Assembly (NCBI GenBank): GCA_000934665.2 | Contig: JYFJ02002416.1 | Coordinates: 1-57,254 of the forward strand | DNA from: Catajapyx aquilonaris | Lineage: Eukaryota | Length of the DNA stretch: 57,254 nucleotides | Direction: 5' to 3' | Shown: positions 28,003 through 41,200 of the stretch, in pieces | How the letters are laid out: each line of letters begins with the position of its first letter | Position numbering within the stretch: the first letter of the stretch is position 1 | Notes under the pieces: generated by a model | What the model was told of the DNA's origin: nothing | The model's input: the letters and a program-made list of their open reading frames with translations, nothing else | Databases searched by the model: none | Position numbers and translations under genes: made by a program

Positions 28003-30285
28003 TCACTTCGAATCCAGACGCGCTCTGACTTTGGCATGCACCTTCAGGAATTCGTTCTCAGGCTCACCCGCCACTTTCTCATCGTCTTCTTTATCCACCT
28101 GAATTACAAGCACTGATTAAAACACACCATGGACACATAATTTGGGAATAGCGGAATGAGGTCTCACCGATTCTAACTTCTTGGCACGTTCCTCAAGCAC
28201 CCTCTGGAACGGTGTGAGAGTGCTTTGCTTCTGCTGCTCAATCTCCTTCCGAGCCTGCTGATCCCTGTGCTTCTCCATTGCCCTTTGAAGCTCACTCTTT
28301 TGATTCAGTACATTCTTCCCACTGCAACAACACGAAACGGGGATTAGCCACATAACCCTCACCTTCTAAGAGTGATATATTTCAGGTGTACCATGAAATT
28401 CACAACTGTAATGCAAACTGAGACATTTCGACCTTGGCCTACTTACGGGTACTGTAGTCTCGGGTTCACACAATCCTGGGATATATGCATATGTATATTA
28501 GACTAAATAAGGAAAAAATTAGAATTATGTTTTAACGTCCAAGTAAAGGGATCAATGTTTCACTGGCAGGCTTACATTAAGCTGAGAGAATCAATGCTCA
28601 ATAATAATAATCAATCACAATAATTGATATGCACCTACTATTAGCGAATTGAAAGTGCATTTCTACAAATTGTTTATCACACTTCGAGCTGCATGTAGGT
28701 CAATAATAATTTAGTGCAGCAATCACAGGTGGTGTTCACATTCAAATGCTGCATGTAAAAATCATATTCTCACTCATGACTGCGCGCAGTGCACGGGGGT
28801 TAGACCAACCTGAATGCAAGTAAATAAAAAATTGCGGCACTTGACCACGAGCCACCCAAGCCAATCACCGCAGCAGTGGGGGAAAGTAGCAATGGCCACA
28901 AATAAATTTTGAAAGTGAATGTTGGTAGCCCACTTGCACAATTTATGCCCACCAGGAATTAAAAATAATGCCCATTGAAATGTTCCTTAGCTATACAGAA
29001 AACATGCAAGCACATCAAAATGATAATCACGGAATATCCAATGAGGACAAGAACAATACCACATGCTAGAATACCATATATGGAATTTCTGCAATACCGC
29101 GGCTAAGACTGAAGATGTACTGCAGCCTACATTAATACCCGAAATCCCACTACCCGACAATATTTTTGGTAAATTACATTTTATTAACTAACGTCAACCT
29201 TTTCAAGACTGAGCTACTCCCTGCAATTTTTCAGCATTTACTTCAAAGCACTTACTTGTTAATGACACGGCAGAAAAATTCACTCTTTCCTTTCTTGCCA
29301 TGCATGGTCAACAATGCTTTTACTGAACCTAATAATAAATGGTCTATATTTTCTACCCCTTGACAGTAATGCTTGGCTGTAACTGCTTAGTAATGCACAG
29401 TTGGATGCCAAAATATTGCAAACGTAACAGCCTAATTGACATGAACACTCTATAGGTTCATAGCACGAAAAATTGAAAGCCCTGATAGGATAATAGTCCA
29501 AGTCATATGTAATTAATTATAACGTCGTAGGCAATAAATCTGGAATGAAAGTTCACTTTTTCATGGCATTCGGCACCGTGAATTCAGGATTACTCGTTCA
29601 GGATTTTGTCTAGTACTGGGAATTCGTTAACTATTTAATTTCAACACAAAAAATTATTCAGCATTCCACAATTATTTTACTCCGCTCAACCCTTGCCACA
29701 GTTGTTGTACTTGGCCATTATTTATATGCTCAGTTTATCCTATAATTTTTAACTGATCATTGAGCTAACTTGAACTACAATTTCCTCTTAACGTTCAGCT
29801 AAGAGGTTGTAGAGACAAAGCATAAGTTATTTTAACCAGACTTTATACTAGTACTGGTGTTGTTTATAAAACTGACCAACCCTACATTTATAACACAGCA
29901 TACAACATGAATAAAACTAATTGACTGGTTATTCCTAAAAATATCGCTAATGCAACTCTGCACACTTTAATTACCTGACTGTATCCCAGATTACCTTCAA
30001 ATCCCAATGCAAATTACCACACACTGCATATAACACACATATGGGGTACAGTACCCTCCAGACTCACTGGTGTTCAACATGTGTGTTGAAACGACCCTTA
30101 CTGTTTTTGGTTGAAGAGGAGCTCCTGGTGGAGCTTCTTCCTCTCTATTGACTCCGTGCATGGGTTGGGAAGCTTCTTGGGTACAATGAGCCCGTCTTCC
30201 TCATCCCTGCTGTGCTGGTTACCACGACCATCATCGTCTCCGTCGCTGTAATCCGGCTCCGGTATCATATTCGGGTACAACCGAT
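28003..30285 (-). CDS. FAM107B: FAM107 family (DUF1151) protein, core exons
   Basis: Exons 30285-30102, 28321-28168 and 28098-28003. Motifs MIPEPDY (ATG 30268), LIVPKKLPNPC, LHQELLFNQK, KSELQRAMEKH, FQRVLEERAKKLE, EFLKVHAKV. The A/B paralog label is not meaningful outside vertebrates. Confidence 0.9.
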
Positions 30286-32605
30286 CTGCAAAGGGACAAC
30301 CACACTCATTACACAGTCTCACACTCACTTATTTCTGGCTTTTTTCCGCACACGAAGAAACCATGCAACTTTTGCAAAATTCATACACACTCTAATGTTA
30401 GACACATTTACCCTGGTCCAACATGGTCTAGAATCAGTCACGCACAATGTACGATAAAAGCTCGGAGCTCACGGAAGCCACATCCTCCCCTACTCACAGC
30501 CTTTCCTCGACTGGTTCCGGCATCAATACGACTTTCCCTTCGAGCAGCAGTGTGTAGTGACTCACACTGTACGTCACACATGTGACAACCCCTCCTCTTT
30601 AATGTCACTCGATTCGTAACAGGGATTTTGGACCATCCTTCGCCTGTGCGGTCACCGTGTCATTAGTCTGGTGATTGAATTTCGCGAAAAATATTATGGC
30701 TCCAGGGGTGCAGTGACACATTGAGCGAGAGGAAATTGCAGTCTCAAATTCGCAATTTCCGAAGCGTCCTGCCCCCTCGTATTTTTGCAAGGCGGCTGTT
30801 TTCGCAAGCCACCTGCAGTCAATTATCCAAAAGATGCGACCCAATTAAAGTCCATTGGAGGTCGCAGGCACTGGTACAAGAATAGGTCCTTAATCCCTCG
30901 GCCATGAATGATCAATCAGGGGTGGATACAAGCGGGGGCCCATGGCTAATTCAATCTCGTTCAATTAAACACATCGGATTCAATAACGAAGACCCTTGGA
31001 GTTCACCAAGTTCCCGGAAATCATGCAGGATATATATTGCGAATTTTCAAAAATGGGAAAGGTGACAGCATTTCTGCAAAAAAAAAGCAGATGAAGAATT
31101 TGCGATGGCTGTCATTGCAATGTGCAGGAAGTGCAAGGCTGTTATTACTATCTGAGCCAAGTGGTATTTTTTTTATCGTATACTCTATCAGCAGATACAA
31201 AGAAAAATTCCTTAGCGCCTTTCCCTTCATTCGGATTACTGTATGGACAGTTTCCATTCACTAAAATTTGCTTCAAAATTGACATAAAATCATCCAAAAG
31301 CGGATCGTCTATTCTTAACCTGTCGCAGGTTATGTAACGACTGTGGCACAGGTGGCAATAAACTTTCCGTGTGAATTCCTCAACGATTTTTTTTTCATGA
31401 ATCAACCTGTTGGTCTCTGGCTCTACCTGCATACCAAGAATACCTGGGCGCCACCTTTGATCTCTTTTTTTTCCTTCATTCCGCTCGTCCATTACATACA
31501 GTGCATTACACTGTCCTTGTCCTTGACTGGGCTCCGTTTTGAGGAAGTCGATCTGCAATACTGCGTGTTACAGATACAGTGCAGGATATAAAACAATCGA
31601 CCTCTCAAGCGACCTTTTTGATAATATAACACGGACCTAATATCCGCAATGCAGCAAAATTCACGTGTAAATCACCCCCCACCTTATAGTAATTTTTACC
31701 TGGCCCTAAAACTGGTGAAGCATAGCTCGAAGGCCGGTAAATAATAAACACCAAAACGGAAATTCTCAACCACGCCTGAACTTCCGGCTGGATTGCTCCA
31801 ACCAAAGAATTTTGACCACCGCACAGAAGGCGCCGTCACAATTAACTCAAGGACGACAATTAAGGACAAGAAGGCGCTACAGACACCTCGGTGTTGACCT
31901 CTAGACCTATGTAAAAATGGGTGCCTAATCTCCAGAGAGAGAGAGAGAAACACAACCACTCCTCAGTTTGTCCATCACTCCAAACAATGACAGGCGTTGC
32001 CTTCAACACCGCCCAAAAACCTGGCAAACAACAAACAACCAAGGTAGGTCCTGGGCTGCGAAGGTGGAAAATGGAGACGAAAAAAAAATGCAACAAGAGG
32101 TGATTGTCAGCTCCCGGAAGAGGGTTAATGTCATTCGTCAACAAAGGTCAAGCCCATAAATATTAAAGAGGAATATCTATGGTCAACCCAAAAGCTGCAA
32201 ATAGACCCATTGATATACGTTAAGAAGGCTGCGACTTCCATGTATTATATTCCCCACGTGCCTGGCTTTGAACATAAATAAAAAAATACACATATCGGAT
32301 CCATGAAAATAAACCGGTTACACAGGTATTGGGGCAGGTGACCTCTTCCCCTCCTTACCTTTAACCAAAGTCTTCTCAAACAGAGCTATCTTGTCCACCA
32401 GCTGCCTTGAAGGTTGGGACTTCAACATTTTTTCTTAAACCCTTTTTCTTCCCCCCTATACGTTTTTTTGGGGGGTGTTCACCGAAACACAAGTACAGTC
32501 CAACTCAAGTGGGTATCCGATTGCTCCTCTGCGGTGGTCTGAAGTGTCTGTCAAGAGCTGCTCAACACACGCACGTACACACATGCACACTCACTGGTCT
32601 GAAGG

Positions 32606-32791
32606 ATGAGGCTGCTGCTGCTACTGGGCCTTTTTACAGCTACCCAAGTTCAGGGTTCACTTAGGAAGGTCACTCCGATGAGCACCCAGGAAGTGAAAGT
32701 TATGCGACACTGGAGGTGCATAGGTGCTTGTTGTGGTAGTACACACAATTTGTGCTGGGGGGTGTGTACTGGACCTGAACATTTACAGTAA
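32606..32791 (+). CDS. Candidate small secreted Cys-rich peptide (61 aa)
   Basis: True ATG with A at -3. Signal-peptide-like MRLLLLLGLFTATQVQG, then C-terminal CIGACCGSTHNLCWGVC. No recognised homolog. Confidence 0.25.
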   Translation: MRLLLLLGLFTATQVQGSLRKVTPMSTQEVKVMRHWRCIGACCGSTHNLCWGVCTGPEHLQ

Positions 32792-35700
32792 AGTACGGTG
32801 TGTGAATACCGTACTGCTCACTTAAATATAAAGTACTTGGGCGCTCATTTGCAACCGGTTATGTAATTAGGTCTAATGGAGTCGTCCTGGAGAAAGTGTG
32901 TGAAATTTGCAGCCAGAAAATTACGAGACATGCATCAATATTTAATTTGACATTAAATGTGCCGCACTAGGCCTAGCCAACCAAAATAAATAGAAAATCT
33001 TTTAATTATAGGCCTACCTATATGTATATAATGGTAGATTTGGGTTTAATATACCTTCACACAACTCTACTTGGGCGTGAATATATTCACAATAAATGTT
33101 TAATTAATCCGAATTTTACGTTGCTACAACTGAGCCGAGCAGTTTGATTAATTTTACTATTGCTTACTAATGTTCAAACAAACCTTTACCGCATTTGCTT
33201 CAAGTTTCCATTGCATAATAATTATATATTTCATGAAAATTTTAGGCCCTAATCGGATTTCCATATCCAATCCAAGGCCTAATCTCTCAAATGCCTATCC
33301 ACGCCTGCATGCAAAAAAAAAATCGTGCTGAGATTAAATTAATGAGTCTAATTATTCGCAATCAATATCATGCACACTAATCCAATAATACTGCATTTGA
33401 CTTTTTTTCGCAAAAAAAAATGGCTCGGGGGTAGGGGTTGCTCCTAGTCACCTTCAGGTCACCCAAAATAAACTCCACTATGACCCGACAACAACCTTTT
33501 TAAAAGAAAGGGTCACTAAGAGGTCGAGCAGGAGACGCCACGCTCCCGGGTCCAGATGGGGAAATGGGATGTAAAACGCAGATCCCGACAGAGTCCCCGG
33601 CATCCTTGCCCTTGAACGAGGATGCCCGTGACGTCACGTTTGATCGATCCCGCCAATGGCGTCCCAGCCTTGGGTCGACACCGTACAGTGACCTTGACCT
33701 TCGCCCTACCACCCACCCCCACTCTCCCACACTCGGACCCGGATTAAGCATTATGACCTCAGGTCATACCTGGAAAAAGATGTTGCGGATATCGCCAATT
33801 TTGGCTAATTTCGTCGCCAAACTGCGCAGTTTTGCCTTAAAAAAACTACTGCAGTTGCTCGATCAATTGCTGTCAACTACATAACGACACGTAACTTTTG
33901 ACAGAAACATATACACAGGAGATGTCACATTACGTCACATCAATTTCAATCGTATTATGCAGCAGTGTCCTGCATTACGTATTTTACATAACATGTCTCC
34001 ATACTTGTAAGGAGAGTTCAAAGGTCAGACTTTTTTCTTGCACTATTGCTTACTTTTTTGTCAGTCACTTTCCAACAGTTTTAATATTTAAAAAATAGCA
34101 TATAACCACATATCTGTGTTTCTAAAAATTATTAGGTTGTGCATGAATATTGTAGGTCCAATATAATGCGTCACATCTCAAAATAATTCCCTGCATTGCG
34201 GATCATTTTTCGCACGTTAGCTGGTCATCTCAGCTTAATTTTGCCACAATTTCTGAATCAAAGGAACACGTTCAAGGCCTTTCAAGCAGCGTTATCTCCT
34301 TCATTTCCCTCCCATCCATAAAGGAGCAAGGACACACAAAATGAGTCTTTTATGAAACTTGGCTCGACTCGAGTGTGCTCAAGCTTTATATACGTGCTCT
34401 CATGATGTATAGGGTTTCCAACGTCAGCAACACTCGAGATGAGAGGTCAAAGTGTGCGTAATTTGTGTACAATAAAGGCACGACCTCGAGATGAAGAGAG
34501 AGAGAAAAAATGTGTAGGTCATCAGGTGAATGGTCGTGCATATAACACCACTCCTAAAATTGGGGGCCTTTCGAACTGTTGGATGAGTTATGGGCGCATT
34601 TTTTTGATGAGTTCTGCTCAAGTTACGTGCTAACGAGGCCAAAAAAGTGAGCGAAAATGAATCCCTACAGCGTGCAAAAATCTTCAGAAGGGAAAGTGCG
34701 CAAGTGCTAAGAGATGACCCTTTTTTTATTATTATTGTTTAAAAAAAGTCTCTTAGGTCGTTTTTCTTGGCGTGAGTCAGGCGATGTCTTCAGCTTCCTT
34801 CAGAGCGCTTATGAAGGTAATTATTATAACACCAGCTAAGAGCAGCAAAAAGCGTTTTCAATTCCGCTTCCGTCAGCTTTCCACATGCAATAATTACAAT
34901 CAGTCATGAACAGTTAATGCGCTTTGTACATTAAATTAGGCCGCAATGTAATGCAAGACCGAGCAAAAAGGAGCGAAACAAAACGACTGACATTATTGCT
35001 AATTGCTTAACGGTTTTATTTTACACGTACTTTCATGCGGTGATTATAAATTAACCCCATTAGTCAGCGCACGTGTTCACCACCAAAAATTGTTCATACC
35101 AAATGCGTGTGAGCCTACTAACCTTTGACACAATCAGTGTCCAAAGGATGGCAGGTTATATCACACCCTTTTTTTCCTATCTTGTGCAACATACTCATTA
35201 GCATATGAGCGTCAATTACCATGTCCTCAATCCCCACACCTGGTCTCCGCTTCCAAATAGCTCAGTCGGACAAATGAAACATTTTTTTTCTATCAACAAA
35301 AAAAAGTGTGACCTATGGTGACGCTTAAACTTGTTTTGGCTCCATGCTCGGTATACACATCCCGTTCGATTATACGGTCACATTCTGCATGTCCGTGCAA
35401 TGTTTGCATGTGCACGTTGATCCTTATGACGAATCAGCGAACACGTATGCAAAAACTGAGGTACTTGATATACGTGCGTAATATTGCTGGGGTACGCTTA
35501 AACTATGCGACCCTAACCTTATCAGCGCCAGTTTCCTCTGTCACAATAATACGTAAGCGGTGATTCAAAGATATAATATGCCCATACATGGTCAGGGTCT
35601 ACTCGTTATGATAATGTAGTTAGAAAAAACGTTGTCATTTTTCCGGGAATGATACAGTCGAAGTTCAGGGAGTAACGGACGGATAATTTTTCCCGCACTT

Positions 35701-37397
35701 CAACAAAATGTATCTGATGTTTGCTATTCCCAGCATATAAAAAAAAATACTCTTTACGTTCACTGAACCATACAGTAACTTATTGAATGTCCTGGCTATT
35801 CCTGATATCATGTGTATGATTTTGATATGGGATATCTTGTACACTCCGAATATTTTAATACAGGGCTAATTGAAAATGACAGATGATGAATGTCATGTCA
35901 AGCAAAATGGTATCAGTGTCTGCGCTCGTGCAGTAGATAAATCCCGCAATCAATATTCAGCTGCTTTTTCCTGGACTGATAGAAACACATTACAATAATT
36001 GAAAGTGACAAGCAATAAACTTTCCTTTCTGATACCAGCCTGTACCCATTTTTTATACATATATCTGCCACTAGTATTAATATACAAGGTCAAAGTCTGA
36101 ATCGAGAACCATTGCCAGTTATATAGTTTGCAACAGTGACCATATTTTTAATGCCCATCCTTCCAGCCTCATTAGCAAGGCAGTATCTCACTGATGCATG
36201 AATAGTCAGTCAGGCCTTTTGGTCCACGGAGCAGGCCAAAGACGTGATGGCGACTTGATGTGGCCTTTTCTGCACAAGAGGCCGTGGGATACAAGAAAAT
36301 TGGTATGGAGCGTGAGCTTCCATATCTGACTTGGCTGATGCCAAACTATTTGATTATCCATATGCAAATCTTGTTGCAAAAAAAACTGACTGGCTGCATC
36401 TCCAGAATCAGGGCAACACAGTCCCTTTCAAACGTATCTAATTACAAGATCGCATTTTTTTTTTCTGGGCCAAAGCCTTCACTTACTGGAGTCAAGTGTG
36501 TGTAACACTAAAGTGGTTTTCAGGCTCCACTTACTTCGGAAAGGAACAGTGATGAGAGTCTTGTAGTTAATTAACGTAAATCATTACCGGAATAAACGTT
36601 GGCGTGTAAAGAAATCGGTACACTGCCCATAAGTTTGAAATAATGAAGTAAAAAAAGGAAAGTACTGAATGTTCCCAACTGCAGTTTTGAACGTCAATTT
36701 AAGAGAAATAATTAATTTCCCACGCACATTCTGATTACATCAAGAGTGTCCCATGTTGATTAATTTTTAAAATACAATCCACTTCTTCAAATTGACTTTT
36801 GATCCTATTTTTACATCAGTGTGTTCACAAAATATCAAGAAGGTGTTACCCTCTTCAGGGGTGAAGAAACTCAACACCTTTATCCCCTCCCTTATTTCCG
36901 AGGGACAGATTATCGGAAAAACGGGCGCGGTCTTTTTTACACAAATTACGTTACGTCCATTGACTGTGAAAACTGGAACACGCTATTTCGGGACACCCGA
37001 CCAGGCTACTAATTCAACGTGACCCCCTGCCTATTTATTTATTTACTGCCCCCCCCCNCCCCCCCAGGCTGATTAGTCCCTGTCGCAGCCAGCGGATTCT
37101 CCGTTAAAAAAAGTAGCCAGGTTATATTATAAAATATTTAATCCTAGAGTTGAGTGGGACATGGAAGTTTTCAGCTGGTTGCAATATACATCCCCCCCCT
37201 TCCACTTCCCAAATTGGGCGGAAGTTCTCCTTTTTGACCTCTCCAAAAATGCCTCCTAGTCACGGAAAGCCGGTTTCCCACGAGCCGAATATTTTCAACG
37301 GTCGCCGCTCTGTGGCTCTGTCATCGCCCAACAAGTGAAATATGTTTCTATACATGAAAAGTGACAGTATACACATAGACCTAAAGTTTGACCTTAC

Positions 37398-37416
37398 CTG
37401 AAGCACAGCAGGACAT
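37398..37416 (-). CDS. Candidate alternative first coding exon of the FAM107 gene (MSCCAS)
   Basis: gtcATG TCC TGC TGT GCT TCA G|GTAAGG. Phase 1, which matches the acceptor at 30285. Confidence 0.45.
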
Positions 37417-38172
37417 GACCCCCTAACCGCGATGATGTCAACGACCCATTTGAGCCCTCCCAGAAATTTTCGGCAGCCCCAACTGGTCACGTGACCATAT
37501 ATGGACCATTCTGGACTCTTCCTTTCCGTTCTGGACCCCCCAAATGATGAGGGGGGGACCTACTACTGGTTCCCATTGTCCTCGGCCTGCTTCCCCCATC
37601 TGGACCATCCCCATCCTGACTTCCTCTTCTCCTATTTCCCTTCCCCCAATTTGACGACTTGGTCAATTCCTCCAACCCTTCCCATCATTGACGAACCCTG
37701 ATCATGTCACTTTTAAAAATATGGGGCGTCGGGGGGGTGTGGTTATGAAGCGGCAGTATAGGCTAATTAAGATGGACAGATCTTAACAGCTGGACGGCAC
37801 CGAAAAAGGAAAGAATCTAGTCTTGGGAGATGATGGGCAATGAAGGTCGTGGAGAAGTATAGTCGGCGTAACCATCAATTTTGGGCAAAGTGTCAAAGGC
37901 AAACTCTAAGCAAGAGTGTTGAGGACGGATCCAAGACGCGTGTCCTGACAAACGGGACTTTCTCACGCTTCCTCTAACTTCTGGGCCACCAAAAAGACTG
38001 GGCTTTACCGCACTTTTCCGTCCCCCCCATATAAATGTCGGTCACTATATACAGTACAGCTGTTGTGGGAGGGTGCATTGCCCACAAGAGAAGTCAATTT
38101 TTAAAGTGTACTCCCGATGCGACAATCACTGCATTATTATTAGTTTTTAAAAATAAAATTAAAGTGACTCAC

Positions 38173-38239
38173 CTGGATGTTGCAGTCCAACCTTCTTCTG
38201 GCGGTCGGTTAAGGCCTTCAGGTGCAGTTTTCGATTGCT
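38173..38239 (-). CDS. 67-nt internal exon (SNRKLHLKALTDRQKKVGLQHP), probable linker exon of the FAM107 gene
   Basis: Strong acceptor gtgtttttgttccttgcag and donor CAG|GTGAGT. Open in the phase 0-to-1 frame. Confidence 0.6.
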
Positions 38240-41200
38240 CTGCAAGGAACAAAAACACACAGGACATCAGTCAGAGTGTTCTGGCCAATCAACACTGGAT
38301 TCACGCTCTGCTTGTTGCGACCAAATAAAGTGGAGGAGGCAATGCCACTGACACTGGCAGTGACAGTGGCTTCTGCTGCTGCCCGGAAGGAAAGTGAGAT
38401 TGGAGGAGGAAGAAAGCTTCCTTCATGTGGAACTTGACAATGAGTCTCTCCTATACGCGTACAATGAGACTCTCGTCAGGTGTTATGCATTTCAAAGCCA
38501 TTAAACGACCGAAGTATACGGCATATGCTGAGGCATGTAGCGGAAACGTGTGTAAAAGAAAATGACACACACACAAAAAAATTGTAATGGCCGTATAGTA
38601 AGAGCAATGACATCGGTGTCAGGTGGCAAACGGCGATTCATTTTATTATTCAGAGCAAGCATTACCTTATGCTGAATAAAATTACGCACAATTACCATAC
38701 GATAAATGCAGAAGGCTCTATGTCTAATCCGCAGCTTTCACTGTGTACCGAAAGCCTTTCAGTCAAAATCCACAATACAACAAAGTACCGTACCATATAT
38801 TAATCCTTCGATGCGGAGCCTAATTACTATACGCAGTATTAATGCTGGCAAATAGTCCAATAAACAAAAGGCCGTTACTTGCCTTTTGTCCACCTGCGAT
38901 ATAATTAAAAGTGGCGGCATTATTTCACACAATTAAAAGGTGGCCACTTTCACTCGCATATATTGTGTACTATTAATTAAGGAGCCTGAAGGAGGCATAA
39001 TTCGCACCAGGAAGTGATAATGACTTAATACTCGGTCGACACATTACACAAGAGGAGAAACCCTCCCAATTCCTCCCCATTGAAAAAAAGAACCCTCCTC
39101 AACATCTTTCATGCTCAAAGGCGGATCCAACCAGCACACACCCTTTTTTTCATATCTTCTTTTTTCGCGAAAAAAGTAAAAGGATAAGTCCCTAGAGCCC
39201 ACCACGCCCATTTCTGCATCTCCTGTGGCAGTTATATGCAAAAATATTTTTGCGAGCCGTAATTCTTCCCCATCTCAAGGGGACGACTTTCTCCTTGGTG
39301 ATAAAGGCAAGACGTCCATGTGTCAGATTTCACTTCTTATACGCGGATAGGCTCAGATTTTTGCGCGCCAAACCACACACATATGGCTCATGTCCTGGTT
39401 GATTTATAACCCGGTCGTATATTTCCTACTAGGCAATGGCACAGTTTTCGGCACATATTTCACGTCCGGGGAATGATATATTATTCAAGGCGAGGCTCTG
39501 CGTCCTGCCCCAAACACTTAAAAATTTTATCTCCCTGTTTCCGCTCCCTGACCCCGGCTAATTCGAATTCGGAATAAGCGAGCCTCAGACCAATGATCCT
39601 CTGGGTGGTGATTTGCAAAAACCCCTTTTTTGCGGGGAATAGTTATTACGGGGCATGTCATGCATGGCATTACACAAACTGTTCTGTATACCCGATGGTG
39701 CAGTATACGAATGAGTATATAACCACAACATAAGTTTGCATTTCTCTCACGTATACTTTAATCAGATGTAGCAAGTAGTAAGATGCGAATTAGCGTTACT
39801 AATATCAGATTCATATTATGTGTGTGCATACTCCGTGCTAATAATAATTGACTCGTACACTGAATTTATGCCAGGTTCACGCTCATTCCACGTGAAAATT
39901 CGCAATGGAAACAACGCACATCCGTTTCATACACAGGGTGTATATATTTGCGAAATTTTTTTGTACCACCCTGTGTACACACTTGGTATGTCTTTCTGTG
40001 CACCTGCCCAGGAAGTCCAGATATTATCCGGCGATTATGCATCCGCGCATGGCCGTTTTGAGTAAGGGACTGCCGCGGTCAAGGGAGTAATAAAGCATGC
40101 ATGAAACATGAGCACTTATCAATATGATCAAAAGTGTGGAGAGAGATCATGGCCGTCACTCGCTGAATAGGTTCCTTGCCGTAACATGAAACCATGCCTC
40201 GTGTACCCCAAAGAAACGTTTTGGTTCCAAGTGACTTGAATCAACAAATCCTCCCCTTCTGGTTGTCACCTGATTGGACAGGAAACAGAGACTATACACA
40301 GTGAGCCTGGCCTTATGGTAGTTTGCTTATGGAGTGTGTGTCTTCAGATAAGATAATATTGTGTGCTGCTTCATCCAGGAAACGCGGTGTATATGTATGT
40401 CTTTTGCTGCGCTTTCCAGGCCGTCAATGGTCGGGGTGATAGACACGTAACCTTCACAAAAGTTTAGTATTATCAAGCCTTTTGTTTCAAAGCCCTCATT
40501 CACAGACTGTTCGAGTAATTTTGCACCGTGTTATATGATCCTTATCCTGCCATGAATTCCACCTAGTATGCAGTTACCCCCATGAACTCATATCAAACCC
40601 TTAGTTTTCTTTCTAGGCTATATAGAACTGACCTCTTGCGCAACTTCTGATTGCTAATTTAATCCCAGCTCTTTCCTAGACTCTACATAACAAGGTTCGT
40701 TAGTGCCCCCTCTTCCCTTCTGAATTATTGTCAACCAGCTTGAATGAAGTCGTTCCAAAGTCCAGAGAGCGACGTACAAAAGCTGACCATTAAGCTCCTT
40801 TGAAGATGACTCTCACCTCATAAATAACCTCCCTAGTCTGACACTATATTACGCAAGGCATGGGCTAGGTTTATATTATATGATAAGGAAGTGTCCCCCC
40901 TCTTGGCGCCACTAGAATAATATTCACATTGGGAAATTGGGACTTGGGCAGACCGCTTTTCCACGAACCAGTAGCATAGTCTGCAACTTTGGACCAATTG
41001 TGCAGCCACTGATCCGATACCAGTTTCACAACAGTAGTATAACCACAGCTGGTGACACAACGATAATAATTCGCCAAATAAATTGAACATACAGCATGAT
41101 CCGAAATATCCTAAAATTCGTCAATCAAGAGTTTGAATAATTTAGATTATGCGACCATATTAGGCCGTTCAAACTATATACACACAGGTTGTAAATCTGA

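Noticed and set aside
39931..39975. acacagggtg...caccctgtgt mini inverted repeat and other isolated tacagggtg motifs (about 3838, 50238)
   Set aside because: They resemble mariner MITE ends but are too short or unpaired to delimit elements.
40160..40420. SLNRFLAVT, resembling the end of GPCR TM3
   Set aside because: Immediately followed by stops, with no further convincing transmembrane segments. Too short to support a pseudogene call.
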